From NCBI GenBank assembly GCA_017467815.1, contig JAFUKI010000077.1:4797-68796 (forward strand): a DNA stretch of 64,000 bases. The letters run 5' to 3'. The position numbers and the translations under genes are program-made. This DNA is from Clostridia bacterium (lineage in GTDB: Bacteria; Bacillota; Clostridia; Oscillospirales; CAG-272). The notes below the pieces were generated by a model that ran no database searches, had not been told where the DNA came from, and saw only the letters and a program-made list of their open reading frames with translations. Positions within the stretch are counted from its first letter, which is position 1, and each line of letters opens with the position of its first letter. Below, piece by piece: positions 39,772-49,175 of this stretch.

Positions 39772-40638
39772 TCAGGTAAATTTTAATTGCATGGTGCCCG
39801 TTTCTTCCGGTTCGGGAGAGGGAGCGGGGGACTTTCTGCTGCCGCCGTATCGGAAAACCGGTACGGTAATGCCGTCTTCGTCCGGATAGGACAGGAAGGA
39901 GAGGATGCAGAGGGGGTTGAACTGGGGCAGGTGTTCCATCAGACGCACCAGCTCGGCACTGTCACGGGAAATGGTGATCACCACAGGATACCCGGCAGAC
40001 AGCAGGGAAAGGGGGGAATAATCGGAAAACGCCGCATAGGGACGACGGAACAGATTGATTTCCTTATCAAAATTTTCCCGGTTGATCAGCAGAATATGCC
40101 CCGATTCCGAACAGACAAAACGGCGTATATCTTCTCTGTAATCGCTGTTGTATACAGTAATGGCAGGTGCTTCCACCCCGTATACATTGGCGAAATAGGC
40201 GGAAAGAGCGGTCAGCGAATGGCGGATGGATTCCCGTTCCATGGCATTTTTTACGGTAATGATGTATTTTCTGACCTGCCTCTGATCCATAAGGGCAAAG
40301 ATCACCTGCAGAACCGTGGCAACCAGATCTCCTCTGCCGCAGGCGAAGGAAAAACGACCGGCAGCCAACGCTTCCTCAGGCATCTCCTGTTTGGGCGAGG
40401 CAGTCCGATGAAGGGTTTCTGCGGCGGAAAACAGTTCGGGACGGGGCGCACAGTGACCGTACCCCATTTCCTCCCCGTCGATTTTCAGCTGCAGGGAATC
40501 CGATGTGGGATAGGGTGTGCCGGCAAAGGAAACGGGAGCATCCAGTCTGCCGCCGAACAGCTCCAGTGCCGCCTGAACAGCCTGAGCCGCCATTGTACCT
40601 GAATGCAGTTTGCCGGATCCGGAATATTGAGTATGCAT
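39772..40638 (-). CDS. Hypothetical protein
   Basis: ATG at 40638 is preceded by GGGGGAGG. 288 aa with no recognisable motifs. The track start at 40749 lies upstream of the SD. Confidence 0.6.
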   Translation of the reverse strand: MHTQYSGSGKLHSGTMAAQAVQAALELFGGRLDAPVSFAGTPYPTSDSLQLKIDGEEMGYGHCAPRPELFSAAETLHRTASPKQEMPEEALAAGRFSFACGRGDLVATVLQVIFALMDQRQVRKYIITVKNAMERESIRHSLTALSAYFANVYGVEAPAITVYNSDYREDIRRFVCSESGHILLINRENFDKEINLFRRPYAAFSDYSPLSLLSAGYPVVITISRDSAELVRLMEHLPQFNPLCILSFLSYPDEDGITVPVFRYGGSRKSPAPSPEPEETGTMQLKFT

Positions 40639-40844
40639 AATCCTCCCCCTTATACCGCCAGTGCCGCCCGGAATCACGGGTCTGTCACTGTTTTTTGTAT
40701 TCGCCGCATCGACAGCAGTCCTGTACTGCCGCTTGTGGCGTATTTTCATATTTATCAGGTATCATATACCAAGTATAGTATATCATATTTTGCGGATTTT
40801 GTCCATGCAAAAATTTCGTTTCCAGGGTGTATCGGGTGAAAAAT

Positions 40845-41432
40845 TCAGGACTGCAGATGGGTCAGATAATACTGCATATCCTCCCCGGCTTCGATGAGAA
40901 TCCCCACATATCTCTCCCCGTCTAAGAATACAAGCAGCAGCGCTTCCCTGCGGAACAGCGTGATGGTGTAATCGTACAGAGCCATACCGGGATATTTTTT
41001 TCTCGCATCCTTCAGGGACACAGTGCCGTCAGCGGATTTTTCCGACACGGGAATCGCCCGTACAAGCTGTTCCAGTCCCAGCAGACACTCCAGAACCCCG
41101 TTTTTCCGTCCCTGCCCCCTGACCACGGCAAAATCCAGCATATCCTTGGGCAGATGGGTGATGTGCATGGGCATATCTTCCGTCAGAACCGTGCCGATAC
41201 CGGGTACGGTCTTGTCACTTTTGGTGCGGATGGAGTATACAAACCAGGTCATATGGTACCGCACCAGCAGATACAGCATGGCAACGATTCCGCCGATACA
41301 GATCAGCTGAAACAGCCAGGTAAACCGATCCGCCATATTTCCGGCAATATAGCCCACAGCGGCGATCAGCCCGGTGAGGATCATCAGTACCGTAAGGGAG
41401 GAGGTGTTCTTCTGTGTTGGTCTCCACTGCAT
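40845..41432 (-). CDS. Hypothetical membrane protein (two N-terminal TM helices)
   Basis: 195 aa with two hydrophobic helices followed by a soluble domain. Confidence 0.6.
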   Translation of the reverse strand: MQWRPTQKNTSSLTVLMILTGLIAAVGYIAGNMADRFTWLFQLICIGGIVAMLYLLVRYHMTWFVYSIRTKSDKTVPGIGTVLTEDMPMHITHLPKDMLDFAVVRGQGRKNGVLECLLGLEQLVRAIPVSEKSADGTVSLKDARKKYPGMALYDYTITLFRREALLLVFLDGERYVGILIEAGEDMQYYLTHLQS

Positions 41433-41443
41433 AAAAATACCCC

Positions 41444-42016
41444 TTACGCCTCACCGTTCAGTATGCTGATTTCCTCTTTGGTGAGTTCCCGTTCCACCAG
41501 AGGCTGCATCGCGTGATGAACAGGGTTTTCGCTTTCGTAATTTTCCGTAATCTGCATGAAGCAGTACAGCGCCGTATCTTCGCTGACGGTTACATTGTCA
41601 AACACCAGCCGGCGGTACCGGTAAATCCCCTTTTCGTAGGAATCCACGGAAGTGGGAGAAACCCGGTCATTGCCGTTTTCGTCTCCCAGAGTGTAGGAAA
41701 ATTCCGTGCCTTCCGGAAGATCCGCATAGGTGTACAGACTCTTGTTGTAACGGATCGTGATCTGTACCTGACTGATCTCAGGGAAATACACAAACCCGTA
41801 CACGGAGTAATAGCCATCCTCAGCAATTTCCGCCGCAGGATCCTCGGTGGTGATGACGGTCAGCGCACCGCTGTCATAAGCCTGCCGGAGTGCATCACCG
41901 GGGACAATATCCGTCATAACACTGCGGTCAGCGGATACACAGCAGCGCAGGATGATCAGCACGCACAGAATGAGTACAATAACCGTAACGGTGGTGGATA
42001 TAATTTTTTTGAACAT
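41444..42016 (-). CDS. Hypothetical membrane-anchored protein
   Basis: Probable start is MFKKIISTTVTVIVLILCVLIIL (single N-terminal TM). The track start at 42094 adds an AT-rich extension. Confidence 0.55.
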   Translation of the reverse strand: MFKKIISTTVTVIVLILCVLIILRCCVSADRSVMTDIVPGDALRQAYDSGALTVITTEDPAAEIAEDGYYSVYGFVYFPEISQVQITIRYNKSLYTYADLPEGTEFSYTLGDENGNDRVSPTSVDSYEKGIYRYRRLVFDNVTVSEDTALYCFMQITENYESENPVHHAMQPLVERELTKEEISILNGEA

Positions 42017-42101
42017 AATCAGACTCCAGTCGGTAAAATACCGATATACACATAAATATACATATATTGTATCATGTAAAAATGAATAATTCAAGATAAG
42101 T

Positions 42102-42139
42102 ATAACAGAATAACCGGCTCAGGAGAGAAAACTTTCTCC
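42102..42139. terminator. Strong hairpin downstream of the radical SAM gene
   Basis: AACCGGCT..GGAGA-GAAAACTT-TCTCC..AGCCGGTT. TTTTT follows on the + strand and a T-rich tract follows on the - strand. Confidence 0.6.
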
Positions 42140-42225
42140 GAAGCCGGTTTTTGGTGAAAAATGTATTTTTGGAAGCGTTGTGTGAAGTGGAATCAGGTTG
42201 AAGATTGCAGACGGACGACCGATGA

Positions 42226-43221
42226 TCAATCCAGCTTCATTCCATCCGACACCAGATCCCCCTGTGCCCATTTTCGGGCGTACATTTCTTTGTCGATGGC
42301 GTTGGCGATCTCGGTCTTGCGGCGGCTCCACTGGGGGGCGAGAAGATCGTCTGCCATGCCGTCGCCGGTGATTCTGCCAATGATGGTTTCCGGGGGGAGG
42401 AGACGGAGCTGGCGGCATACCAGATGGGTGTAGGCTTCCTTCTCCATGGGGGTATAGGCACCGGATCCGTACCATCCGGCAAGGGCGGTATCCCGTAGTA
42501 CGTGAAGCAGATGGATCTTTACCATATCCGGACGGAGGGAAGCGGTGACGGATGCGCTTGCCAGCATATCCTCCTCCGTTTCGCCGGGCAGACCGTTGAT
42601 CAGATGGATACCCACGGACAGCTTCCCGTATCCCGGTTTTGCATCGGGAGAAAGCTGACGGGCAAGATGGTAAAGCCGGTCGTACCCGTCCAGAAAATCC
42701 ACAAAACTGTGTCCTCTGTTGATCCTCTCCGCCGTGCGGTCATGTACGGACTGCAGACCCAATTCCACCATAACGGGAATCTTTTCCGCCGTTTCTGCCA
42801 GAAGTTCCAGAATCTCCTCCCCCAGACAGTCGGCACGGGTCCCGATCCCCAGCATTACGGCACCGGGCAGCCCTGCGGCTGTGAAAAATGCCTGCCGAAG
42901 TGCGGAGATATCCCCATAGGTATTGGTGCCGGACTGGAAATAGGGAATATACCCGACCACTTTCCACTTCCGTCCTGCCACCGCAATGCCGTTTTCATAC
43001 TGTACCCCGATGCCTTCCCCGATGGCACTTCTGCTGCCGTCCTTGCAGTATATACAGCCGCCCTTTCCACGGGTTCCATCCTTGTTGGGACAGGTGCAGC
43101 CGATGTCCAGCGTAACCTTGGCGCATTTGCCCCCGAAACGCTGTCTTGTATAATAATCAAAGGTCTGATATCGCTTGTTCGTATCGGAATACGGATACGG
43201 ATTTTCCTTTTGCTGTGACAT
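42226..43221 (-). CDS. TIGR01212-family radical SAM protein
   Basis: CPNKDGTRGKGGCIYC cluster motif and family-typical N-terminus (YQTFDYYTRQRFGGKCAKVTLD). ATG at 43221 follows a GGAG SD. Confidence 0.85.
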   Translation of the reverse strand: MSQQKENPYPYSDTNKRYQTFDYYTRQRFGGKCAKVTLDIGCTCPNKDGTRGKGGCIYCKDGSRSAIGEGIGVQYENGIAVAGRKWKVVGYIPYFQSGTNTYGDISALRQAFFTAAGLPGAVMLGIGTRADCLGEEILELLAETAEKIPVMVELGLQSVHDRTAERINRGHSFVDFLDGYDRLYHLARQLSPDAKPGYGKLSVGIHLINGLPGETEEDMLASASVTASLRPDMVKIHLLHVLRDTALAGWYGSGAYTPMEKEAYTHLVCRQLRLLPPETIIGRITGDGMADDLLAPQWSRRKTEIANAIDKEMYARKWAQGDLVSDGMKLD

Positions 43222-43252
43222 AATATACTCCATTCTTCCGTTTGGTATCTCT

Positions 43253-43280
43253 ATTATAACACAGTTTTCACCGTTTGCAA
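43253..43280 (-). promoter_or_regulatory. Sigma-A promoter of the radical SAM gene
   Basis: Minus strand reads TTGCAA (43280-43275), 16 nt spacer, TGtTATAAT (-10 at 43258-43253). Confidence 0.65.
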
Positions 43281-43314
43281 AGCCGGATGGGGATTTTTGT
43301 ACATCGAACCTGTT

Positions 43315-44400
43315 TTATCCCACGATCGCAAGGGGGGATGCCGTATGGCTGCCGATATGCACCGCAGATACAAGCCGTATGCCGTCCGCCGTACCGATGT
43401 ATATGTTGGACTTCACCACGGACAGAGCATCGGTGGTGTACCAGCTGGAAGAAGCACCGTTTTCTCCATTGGTGCGCAGTCGGTACCATACAGAATTCGC
43501 ACCTGCCGGAACTGTGTCGGGATACTGCAGGGCTGTGCCGGTGTACAGAGTGATGAAATCCGTACCGTTGACGGAACGCTCCAGGGTATAGCTGACTACG
43601 GGAACCAGATCGCTCTGCACAGCTTCCCAGGATATATTAACTTTGCTTCCCGCAAGGAGCATTCCCGCAGAGAGGGCGGAGGGAGCAGTGGGACGGGAAG
43701 CACTTTGACCAATGGTCTGCACCGGTGTCTCGATTTGGGTAATGGAAACATATTGGGAATAGGAATTTGACCACTCCGCCTCGTCATAGGTGCAGTACTG
43801 CAGAACCATGTACCACTCGTACCCGAGAACATCCCCCAGCGTGCAGGTACATTCCGTTTCTCTGGATGCAGAGAGTAGAACGGTCCCCGTAAATTCCGTT
43901 TCCCCCGGCGCACGCATATAAAGGGTCAGTTTGTTCACCGCCCCGAAATGTCCTTCATCCAGCTCGGACTGGGTGACCGTCAGCGTGTTGACATGATCGG
44001 CGTACAGTTCCGGTGTAAAGGAGATGTACGGCGGAATGTCACAGTTTGAGAAATACTGGAGAAAATAGGCGGCGGAAGAGCCGGATGCCTGGAAGGTGTT
44101 CTGCACACCGGTTTTGGATTCCAAACGTACCCTCTGGGATGCATCGGGCTGATAGGGAATCATGCATACCATGGTCTCCCATCCTTCCCGCGACTCAAAC
44201 TGGTAGGTTTCGCTGTTGTAGGAACACTGGAGTCTTTCACCGGGATCCCCGACGGACGGATCATCGTATTCCGAAATCACACACAGGTACTCCCCCCAGC
44301 GCAGTACGGCATAGTTCAGATAATTGCCGTTAAGAGCATATTTCTGACTGGCTGAGTAACCCAGACAGTGCCGCTCACCGTTTGTATAGTCTAAAATCAT
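43315..44400 (-). CDS. Phage tail fibre / host-recognition protein with an FN3-like C-terminal domain
   Basis: 361 aa, last gene of the tail module. The C-terminal ..VNISWEAV..VVSYTLERSVNGTDFITLYTG.. segment is FN3-like. Confidence 0.5.
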   Translation of the reverse strand: MILDYTNGERHCLGYSASQKYALNGNYLNYAVLRWGEYLCVISEYDDPSVGDPGERLQCSYNSETYQFESREGWETMVCMIPYQPDASQRVRLESKTGVQNTFQASGSSAAYFLQYFSNCDIPPYISFTPELYADHVNTLTVTQSELDEGHFGAVNKLTLYMRAPGETEFTGTVLLSASRETECTCTLGDVLGYEWYMVLQYCTYDEAEWSNSYSQYVSITQIETPVQTIGQSASRPTAPSALSAGMLLAGSKVNISWEAVQSDLVPVVSYTLERSVNGTDFITLYTGTALQYPDTVPAGANSVWYRLRTNGENGASSSWYTTDALSVVKSNIYIGTADGIRLVSAVHIGSHTASPLAIVG

Positions 44401-44415
44401 GGATATCCCCCCTTA

Positions 44416-45129
44416 TTATTCGGAAATCAGCAGGAAAATTTCCCCTTCCGGAAGGGAATCGGGCAGGGTGTAGCCATAGCGGATGTTGCGTACCGCAGAA
44501 GCACCGGTACTGTCGCTTGCCGCCTGCAGTATCCCAGTCATCACACCGCCGGATTTCGGCAGCAGCGCTTCCGCTGTCAGTCCCCCTACCGCACCGCTGT
44601 TTTTCGCATAGGCGACATTGTCCAGACTGTCCCCCGCACCGGTAACAGGACCGCAGACCGTTTCGTCCGAGCGTCTGTCGTTGATCATATCCGCCGTCAC
44701 GATACCGCTGTTCGCCGGAACGGTAACCTCCGCCAGCAGCAGATCCCATACCTCATCATTGCGCATGGGAAGTCCCGCAGCATCTTCCGCAGCTTCCAGG
44801 GTGAAATAGCCGGATGTACGGTGCAGGCGGAGACAGATGCCGTAGGTGTGACCGGATGCAGCCGGCAGAGTGACCGTTTCCTTCAGCCATGCCATATGCC
44901 CGAAGATCCAGGCGCATCCGGGGGATACGGACAGGGTGAGCCCTTCCCCGGGGATAACGGCAAAACTGCCGTCCGCCGGTCTGATAACGCCGTCCGCATA
45001 GAAACAGCGCATCATCTGTGCGAAAAACGCAGCATCCACCGCTTTGTTGCCGCGGGGGAATCCGTCCACGGTTTCCACAATAGAAGTGGAGTCAAACATT
45101 CCTCCGTCAATTTGAATGGTCGTATTCAT
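44416..45129 (-). CDS. Phage tail fibre / baseplate upper-protein-like
   Basis: 237 aa, positioned after the Tal-like gene. The N-terminus resembles siphovirus BppU-type fibre anchors (from memory). Confidence 0.45.
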   Translation of the reverse strand: MNTTIQIDGGMFDSTSIVETVDGFPRGNKAVDAAFFAQMMRCFYADGVIRPADGSFAVIPGEGLTLSVSPGCAWIFGHMAWLKETVTLPAASGHTYGICLRLHRTSGYFTLEAAEDAAGLPMRNDEVWDLLLAEVTVPANSGIVTADMINDRRSDETVCGPVTGAGDSLDNVAYAKNSGAVGGLTAEALLPKSGGVMTGILQAASDSTGASAVRNIRYGYTLPDSLPEGEIFLLISE

Positions 45130-45144
45130 GGTAAAACCTCCGTT

Positions 45145-46185
45145 TTATTTGTTCAGTTTGCTTATCAGATGGCGTATGTCTGTGATTTCATCCCCGAAAT
45201 AGGGGTACAGCTGTTCCACGCCGTTTTCGTATACAATATCCAGTCCCGTCAGCTGTGTGCGGATGCTGATGCCCAGAGGATGGGACTGAATCTCACAGAC
45301 ATCCCCCAGATCGAATCCGCTGCCGTACCGGGGCTGGGCGTTTCCCTCGGCGGTGCAGTCCAGACGGATACGGGACGTGCATTCTCCCAGTACCTGCTGA
45401 CCTCTGGCGGTAAGGGCGGCAATATAGGTTTCTCTGTCGGGAAAATCCGCTTCCTTCAGATCTGCCGCCTTTTTGTGGATTTCCCGTATGTCTTCCTTCC
45501 CGGTGTTTCTTTCCACCGTAACAATCACACCGTCGCCGCCCTCCATGTATACCCGATTGCGGACATCTTCTGTTTGTTTTTCAAAGGTAAGGCTGGCGAT
45601 GTTGCCGAATTCTTCCGAAAAAATCGCCATTTCCGCCCTGCTGTCCCCGTCATAGGAACGGTCGGTGCCGGTGTGAAGGCGAAAGATGCCCCGGTCTGCC
45701 GTGTAGTCGTAGTCCACGGTGAAGGAGATGCCGTAAGGCTGCAGATTGCTGTACAACCAGTCCCCAAGAGGTTCCCAGCTGCCGGAGAAGGTGACTTCGG
45801 TATCAATCACCGGCTGATCCGCCCCGATTTCCACCGGCAGAGAGTCCAGCGTGTCCTGCAGTACCGCAAGAACCACATCGGTAACGGTACCCGAATAGGT
45901 AACATTTCCGCGAAGGAGCCGGTCGGACAGCAGACACTCCAGCATCCTGCCCCTCAGTTCGATCCCATCTTCCTTTACGGAAACATATTCGATCCTGCCG
46001 CAGTGTTTCCTGTCGCAGAGATAAACCGCCGCAGAAGCAATGGCAGCGATGGTACTGTCACATCCGGGGAAAACCACCGTAAACGTGCCGCAGGAATAAT
46101 ACCGCAGGGACCAGACAACGGATGTCATGTTGTCCAGAGGCGTGTTCAGCACCGCAAAATTTTTATCCAGAAAATATAGTTCCAT
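45145..46185 (-). CDS. Siphovirus Gp37-like / tail-associated (Tal-like) protein
   Basis: 346 aa. The N-terminus MELYFLDKNFAVL..SVVWSLRYYSCGTFTVVF is typical of the ReqiPepy6 Gp37-like family. It follows Dit. Confidence 0.6.
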   Translation of the reverse strand: MELYFLDKNFAVLNTPLDNMTSVVWSLRYYSCGTFTVVFPGCDSTIAAIASAAVYLCDRKHCGRIEYVSVKEDGIELRGRMLECLLSDRLLRGNVTYSGTVTDVVLAVLQDTLDSLPVEIGADQPVIDTEVTFSGSWEPLGDWLYSNLQPYGISFTVDYDYTADRGIFRLHTGTDRSYDGDSRAEMAIFSEEFGNIASLTFEKQTEDVRNRVYMEGGDGVIVTVERNTGKEDIREIHKKAADLKEADFPDRETYIAALTARGQQVLGECTSRIRLDCTAEGNAQPRYGSGFDLGDVCEIQSHPLGISIRTQLTGLDIVYENGVEQLYPYFGDEITDIRHLISKLNK

Positions 46186-46194
46186 ACATCCTCC

Positions 46195-47070
46195 TTACAG
46201 CCCGAAATACAGGGGCGTGCAGAACAGACGGACGGAAAGATAGTCCGAACCGCTGTCTGCGGAGACACTGATCCGGTTTTCGCCGGGGGAGAGTAAGAAG
46301 AAATCGCTGGTACGGTCAAAGAGGAATTTTCTTTCCCCGTTGAGCAGTACGTTTTTCTTCCCCGGACGGGTATCAATTTCCGCCGTATCCCCATCCTGCA
46401 GTGTGGTCAGCAGACGGATGTATTTGTCCCCGCAGGTCAGACAGGGATTTTCCACAATCCCGCCGGAAGCTGTCAGCACCGCCGTCATACCGCATTCCGC
46501 ATCCCCCGGATTGATCATGGTCACACTGTCCGCAGTACGGGTATAGCCGGTGGTCATGCCGGTGTTTTCCATAAAGTTCAGCGGGAAGGTCATCAGGGGA
46601 ACGGTTTGCCGGAAAGCACTTTCCACAGGTTCGGCACTCCGGTAGAAGGGTTCGGGGGCGATAAAGGTTAAGGTCACCTGCAGGGGAGAAAAGAATGTAT
46701 CCTTGGTGAGCAGGGGGACACCGTCGGGGATCACGGTGATCAGTCGGGATACGCCGTGCATCCGGATCTGCATTTCGATCTCAGAGAGGGGATTCATAAG
46801 CCGGATGATCCTGCGCCGTATCGCCCATTCTTCCGTATCGGAACCGGCATTCAACTCCGCGTGCATGGTCATATGTCTCTCCCCGAAACGTCTGCTGATG
46901 GGATGACCGCCGGGCAGACCTGCGTAGGGTTTGGTTTCCACCGCAAGGGGCGTGATGCCGAATCCCTCCAGTCCTTCCTCCAGTATGTGCATATCCGCAT
47001 CTTCGGAGGATGAGGCTGTCAGCGTAACATCCTTCCCGGATAAACGGATTTCGTAATATGTATTTGTCAA
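46195..47070 (-). CDS. Distal tail protein (Dit, phage tail family)
   Basis: 291 aa with a TTG start 6 nt after AAAGGAGG, immediately after the tape-measure gene. Confidence 0.65.
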   Translation of the reverse strand: MTNTYYEIRLSGKDVTLTASSSEDADMHILEEGLEGFGITPLAVETKPYAGLPGGHPISRRFGERHMTMHAELNAGSDTEEWAIRRRIIRLMNPLSEIEMQIRMHGVSRLITVIPDGVPLLTKDTFFSPLQVTLTFIAPEPFYRSAEPVESAFRQTVPLMTFPLNFMENTGMTTGYTRTADSVTMINPGDAECGMTAVLTASGGIVENPCLTCGDKYIRLLTTLQDGDTAEIDTRPGKKNVLLNGERKFLFDRTSDFFLLSPGENRISVSADSGSDYLSVRLFCTPLYFGL

Positions 47071-47082
47071 AATGTACCTCCT

Positions 47083-47865
47083 TTACACACGCAGCATGGC
47101 TTCGCTTTCCCGGCGTATGGCACGGGCGGTGGCATAGGGGGAGGTGTCGCTGTCTCTGAGATAGATGTTCTGAACAACATGACCGATACCGCTTTGGCTG
47201 TCTGCGGAACCGGACAGAGCGGTACGCTGACCTGCCTGCGCCAGAGAAGCCTGAATATAGCGGCTGCCGTCCAGAATTCCTTCGGCAATCCCTCTGGAAA
47301 GCATAACACCCACTTCCTCTTTCATCATTTTCGAGGGAGAAGCGATGTCGTATACTTTTTTGGCTGTTGTCATGGTCTGGTCGGAAACTGTGCGTATGGC
47401 TGCCGTAACCGCACCGGCAGAAGCAGTGATCCCGGCGGCAATTCCTTCACTGATGGACGAGCCGACGGAATACCAGTTCCCGTCAAAAGCGTTTCTGATC
47501 CGGTCTGCCGCGACCTGGGCAGCGTACACCAGAGCATTGATCCGTTCCGTGAATCCGGTGGTGATGCCGGCTGCTCCGTTTGCACCTGCGCCGCGCCAGT
47601 CTGCACTGCCGAATGCAAGGACAGCCCCTCCGGCGGCAGAAGCACTCTGTTCGTACACCTTTGCCGCCATCCCTTCCATAGCGGACATAACGGCGGAGAT
47701 GATAAGCAGCATACCCGTATCCACACCGGAAGAAGCAACTGCTGTCTGTACGCTTGCCCGGAGTCTGCCGGACAATGCGGCAAGCTGCGTTTCCAATGCG
47801 CCGATCTGTGCTGTAAACTGTTCTGTATCCAATTCGGCTGCGATGATTACCGATCCGTCTGCCAT
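47083..47865 (-). CDS. Tape-measure-like protein, unusually short (260 aa)
   Basis: Ala/Gly/Ser-rich helical protein in the canonical position between the chaperone genes and Dit. Confidence 0.6.
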   Translation of the reverse strand: MADGSVIIAAELDTEQFTAQIGALETQLAALSGRLRASVQTAVASSGVDTGMLLIISAVMSAMEGMAAKVYEQSASAAGGAVLAFGSADWRGAGANGAAGITTGFTERINALVYAAQVAADRIRNAFDGNWYSVGSSISEGIAAGITASAGAVTAAIRTVSDQTMTTAKKVYDIASPSKMMKEEVGVMLSRGIAEGILDGSRYIQASLAQAGQRTALSGSADSQSGIGHVVQNIYLRDSDTSPYATARAIRRESEAMLRV

Positions 47866-48443
47866 AATGATTCCTCCGTTTCTTTCTTGGATTTATGTGA
47901 ATGTCTGATGCGTACCATGGCTTTGGCACGTCTTAATTTTCTGCGCAGTTCTTCATCCTTAACCTCACTCAGATCCATACAGCGCAGTGCCGCGGTTCTC
48001 ATAAAAGCGCAGTCCGGCGGAAGGGCGGTAAGCAGGGCGAGAAACTTCCACCAGTGCAGGGTACATTCCGTCAGGTCGATACGGTATACCTGCAGAAACG
48101 CGCCGTAGATCTGATCCCCGTCCCAGACGAAATCGAATACCCCGCCTGCCGGCAGATTTTTGGAAACTGTCGGTTGTTCCGTACCTGCGCTGTCGGCGGC
48201 ATCTCCCCTGTAAAAAGCCAGAATGGCGGCAAATAATCTGTGGGGATCCACGGCTGGCAGATCATCACCGCAGTACAGCCACAGCCCCAGCTTCATCCGG
48301 GAAAGATTGTCAAGGGTGTCGTCCTTGGCAAGTTCACCGAAAAGGATCCCTGTCTGATAGTCCGTGCGGATGGGGACACACACGCCGTCAACCGTGACCG
48401 AGTAAGGCAGGGGGTGGGTCAGGACGGATGTGTGACGACTCAT
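47847..48443 (-). CDS. Phage Gp15-family protein
   Basis: 198 aa. The sequence resembles the Phage_Gp15 family (from memory). It has an ATGA overlap with the upstream gene. Confidence 0.55.
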   Translation of the reverse strand: MSRHTSVLTHPLPYSVTVDGVCVPIRTDYQTGILFGELAKDDTLDNLSRMKLGLWLYCGDDLPAVDPHRLFAAILAFYRGDAADSAGTEQPTVSKNLPAGGVFDFVWDGDQIYGAFLQVYRIDLTECTLHWWKFLALLTALPPDCAFMRTAALRCMDLSEVKDEELRRKLRRAKAMVRIRHSHKSKKETEESLWQTDR

Positions 48444-48832
48444 GCGCCGGCTCCGTCCATACCCACGGGCGTTCTGCTGAGATGAATGGCAAGGGCACGT
48501 TCACGGAAACGCTGTTCCGCTTCCATACGGATGTCCACCATCGCCTGCATCTGGGCTTCCACAAAGGTGACGAAGGATACGAAAGCCCTGGTATGACTTT
48601 CCGCACTTTTCATCAGTCCGCAGATCTCCCCGGCGGATTCTTCGTCAAAGAGAATATTGAAAAAACGGCGGATATCATTGCACTGTGCGGCGATCTTCTG
48701 GGCAGGAGAAACATCCCCTTCCGCCGGTTTCTGCTCCATACTGAGCAGTGCTTCGGTCAGCCGGTACATACAGCCTTCCTCACTGACATCGAACCAGTAA
48801 TCCGTGTCATTGTAATTCCAGTTTTTGTTCAT
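48440..48832 (-). CDS. Putative tail assembly chaperone
   Basis: ATG at 48832 follows AGAAAGGA (MNKNWNYNDTDYWF..). The track start at 48934 runs into repeat copy 5. Confidence 0.5.
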   Translation of the reverse strand: MNKNWNYNDTDYWFDVSEEGCMYRLTEALLSMEQKPAEGDVSPAQKIAAQCNDIRRFFNILFDEESAGEICGLMKSAESHTRAFVSFVTFVEAQMQAMVDIRMEAEQRFRERALAIHLSRTPVGMDGAGA

Positions 48833-48863
48833 AGATAGTCCTTTCTGAGTGTTGTTGCATTTA

Positions 48864-48948
48864 GCAGGGGGATGGAGAAAAACTTTTTGAAAAAAGTCTT
48901 TCTCCATCCCCCTGCACCCCCTTCCTCTTTTCAAAAAACTTTGAAAAA
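48864..48948 (+). repeat. Dispersed hairpin repeat, copy 5 (inside the tail module, antisense to the genes)
   Basis: GCAGGGGGATGGAGAAAAACTTTTTGAAAAAAGTCTTTCTCCATCCCCCTGC plus a TTTTCAAAAAACTTTGAAAAA tail. Confidence 0.9.
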
Positions 48949-48965
48949 GGTTACTGTATAAAGTT

Positions 48966-49172
48966 TTATGAAACGGGGGAGGCTTTGCGATTCTGAATGT
49001 GTGTTTCCCATTTTTCCAGCCACAGGAAGATTTTCGTCAGGAGGGATTTCAGGAGCTTGCACAGCTGCAGGAGAAATTCCATCCAGTTCATGATTTTTCT
49101 GACTGTGGGGTTGGAATACTGGGGATCATTGGTCTGTTCGGGGGTGAAGCCGGTATCTGTCTGTTCCGTCAT
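48966..49172 (-). CDS. Small ORF after the major tail gene (68 aa, unknown)
   Basis: ATG lies 3 nt after the major tail stop. The ORF ends at the edge of repeat copy 5, so it may be a truncated remnant. Confidence 0.35.
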   Translation of the reverse strand: MTEQTDTGFTPEQTNDPQYSNPTVRKIMNWMEFLLQLCKLLKSLLTKIFLWLEKWETHIQNRKASPVS

Positions 49173-49175
49173 GGC

